From Polyangiales bacterium (lineage in GTDB: Bacteria > Myxococcota_A > Polyangia > Polyangiales > JADJQN01), in contig CAXNJO010000003.1 of the NCBI GenBank assembly GCA_964202905.1, forward strand, positions 704,001 to 768,000: 64,000 nt of DNA, written 5' to 3'. The position numbers and the translations under genes are program-made. Each line of letters starts with the position of its first letter. Within the stretch, counting starts at the first letter, position 1. This document shows positions 62,466 to 64,000 of the stretch, in pieces. The notes under the pieces were generated by a model that saw only the letters and a list, made by a program, of their open reading frames with translations, was not told the origin of the DNA and did no database searches.

Positions 62466-63205
62466 CAGGCCTCCATGAACGCGCGCAGGCGCACCGTGGC
62501 ATCACCGAGGATCTGGCAGACGCGGCTCTCGGTCACACCGAGGATCCGACCGATCTCCGACTGGGTGCATTCCTCCTGGTAGTAGAGCGCGAGGACCTGC
62601 TGCTGCCGCTCGGGCAGGCGGCCGAGCGCCTTGACGAGGCGGCCGCGGAGCTCGGCACCGAGGAGCGCCTCGGGCGGGCCGGCGGAGGCGCTCGGGAGGG
62701 CGTCGGGGTCTTCGCCGACGCGACCGAGCGCGGGGCCGCGGTTCAGGTCCTCGGAGAGTTTCTGGTAGGCCTCGAGCGTGAGGCCGAGTTCCTTCGCGAT
62801 CTCCTCTTCCTCGGGGGCGCGACCGAGCCGCTGCTCGAGCGCGCGCACCGCGTGCGCGGTCTCGGTGAGGCGACGCCGGCCGTGGCGCGTCATGACGTCG
62901 GAGGCGCGGAGCTCGTCGAGGATCGCGCCCCGGATCCGCGCGTCGAGGTAGGCCTCGAAGGAGGGAGCGCGCGTCGCGTCCCAGGCGTCGATCGCCTTCA
63001 GCATGCCCTCGCTGCCGGCGCCGATGAGGTCGCCGACATCGACGTTCGGCGGGAGGCGGCGCGCGAGGCGGAAGGCGACACGGCGCACGATCGGCAGTCC
63101 GACCGCCATGAGCTCCGCGCGCGTCGGCCGCGGCACCGCGGCGAGCGTCGGCTCCGCCGAGGCGCCGCCCGAGCCCTCCGCCTCGTACGCCGCCGCTCTC
63201 AGCAC
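62465..63205 (-). CDS. fliA: sigma28 / FliA
   Basis: RLPPNVD..DLI, RIRGAILDELR, LYYQEE.T..EIG..LGVTESRVCQI. Confidence 0.94.
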   Translation of the reverse strand: MLRAAAYEAEGSGGASAEPTLAAVPRPTRAELMAVGLPIVRRVAFRLARRLPPNVDVGDLIGAGSEGMLKAIDAWDATRAPSFEAYLDARIRGAILDELRASDVMTRHGRRRLTETAHAVRALEQRLGRAPEEEEIAKELGLTLEAYQKLSEDLNRGPALGRVGEDPDALPSASAGPPEALLGAELRGRLVKALGRLPERQQQVLALYYQEECTQSEIGRILGVTESRVCQILGDATVRLRAFMEA

Positions 63206-64000
63206 GGCCCCGCCTCTTTGGGTGCGGGCGCGAGCCGCCGCGCGACCTCGCGGATGGCGCGCGACGGCTGGCTCTCCGGCGCGCCGATCACGAAGGGAAG
63301 CCCTGCGCCGACCGCACGACGCACCGCGTCATCACGGCGGATGCAGCCCAGGTAGTCGACCTTCAACGCGAGGAAGCGCTCGACGATCCCAGCGAGGCGC
63401 GCGTGCACCTCGCGGCCCTCGAGGTCGCTGCCGACCTGGTTCGCGAGCACCCCGATGCGCTCGAGCCCGCCACGCCGGTGGAGCACCTTGGCCATCGCGT
63501 AGGCGTCGCGGAGCGAGGTCGGGTCCGGCGTCGCGACGAGCACGACCTCGTCGGCGAGCGTGGCGAAGGCGACCGAGTTGGTGCCGATGCCCGCGCCCGT
63601 GTCGATGACGAGCACGTCGAAGTCGCGGGCGATGTTGTCGACCGCCGCGACGAGCCGGTCGCGCTCGGCGCCGCCGAGGTTCGCCATCTCGTAGCGTCCG
63701 GGGCACGCGGGCAGGAGCATCACGCCCGCCGGGCCCTCGACGAGCACCTCGGCCGACGTCGCGCCGCGCTCGAGCAGCGCGAGGAGGTCGGCGTGCGGCC
63801 TCACGCCGAGGACGAGGTCCTGGCTCGCGAGGCCCAGATCCGCGTCGAGTACGAGGACACTGTGGCCGAGCCGCGCGAGCGAGACGGCGAGGTTCGCGGA
63901 GACCTGCGTCTTACCGACGCCGCCCTTCCCGCTGGTCACGGCGATGGAGCGCCGCGAGGCGAACGTGACGCGGCGCTCAGGGGCGCCCGACGTCTCCGAG
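63199..64000 (-). CDS. flhG: FlhG/FleN MinD-like ATPase (5' end beyond window)
   Basis: TSGKGGVGKT, DADLGLA, DTGAGI, P.PTS..DAY; upstream of fliA. Confidence 0.9.
   Translation of the reverse strand, partial: SETSGAPERRVTFASRRSIAVTSGKGGVGKTQVSANLAVSLARLGHSVLVLDADLGLASQDLVLGVRPHADLLALLERGATSAEVLVEGPAGVMLLPACPGRYEMANLGGAERDRLVAAVDNIARDFDVLVIDTGAGIGTNSVAFATLADEVVLVATPDPTSLRDAYAMAKVLHRRGGLERIGVLANQVGSDLEGREVHARLAGIVERFLALKVDYLGCIRRDDAVRRAVGAGLPFVIGAPESQPSRAIREVARRLAPAPKEAGPC

Overview
Very GC-rich (roughly 70%+) bacterial DNA. Its Asp-Ala-Gly/Asp-Gly-Gly-repeat lipoproteins and gene content suggest a myxobacterium/Deltaproteobacteria-like organism; this is inferred, not verified. Four blocks are visible. 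(1) 1-12 kb: the end of zwf and fabH, then an accessory or defence-like island with a SauUSI-like PLD-helicase-DUF3427 nuclease, a GGDEF protein, two tandem compact histone-deacetylase-family paralogs sharing an upstream motif, a structured non-coding stretch, a Phd-PIN toxin-antitoxin pair, gene remnants and REP-like repeats. (2) 12-31 kb: a GATase, a large repeat lipoprotein, an S8 protease, an EamA transporter and a surface-glycan locus with nonulosonic (pseudaminic-type) acid genes (pseC, pseB, GNAT, pseI-like, SpsF-PseG fusion), a Wzx-like flippase and several glycosyltransferases. (3) 31-41 kb: a nuclease, two FadL-like channels, a thioesterase, methyltransferases and a DEAD-box helicase. 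(4) 41.5-64 kb: an apparently intact flagellar cluster (motAB, fliCDS, fliT-like, flgLKNMJIHAGF, fliA, flhG) interleaved with c-di-GMP genes, with three matching sigma28-type promoters and sigma54-type sites. The strongest candidates for new biology are a single-polypeptide CsrA-FliW fusion (repressor joined to its own antagonist), a FlgJ whose muramidase appears replaced by a Cys/His peptidase-like domain, and the deacetylase tandem locus. At least eight apparent frameshifts lie in the first 37 kb and are probably assembly errors. No tRNA, rRNA, CRISPR array, integrase or transposase was recognised. All family assignments come from motif recognition by eye; no searches were run.
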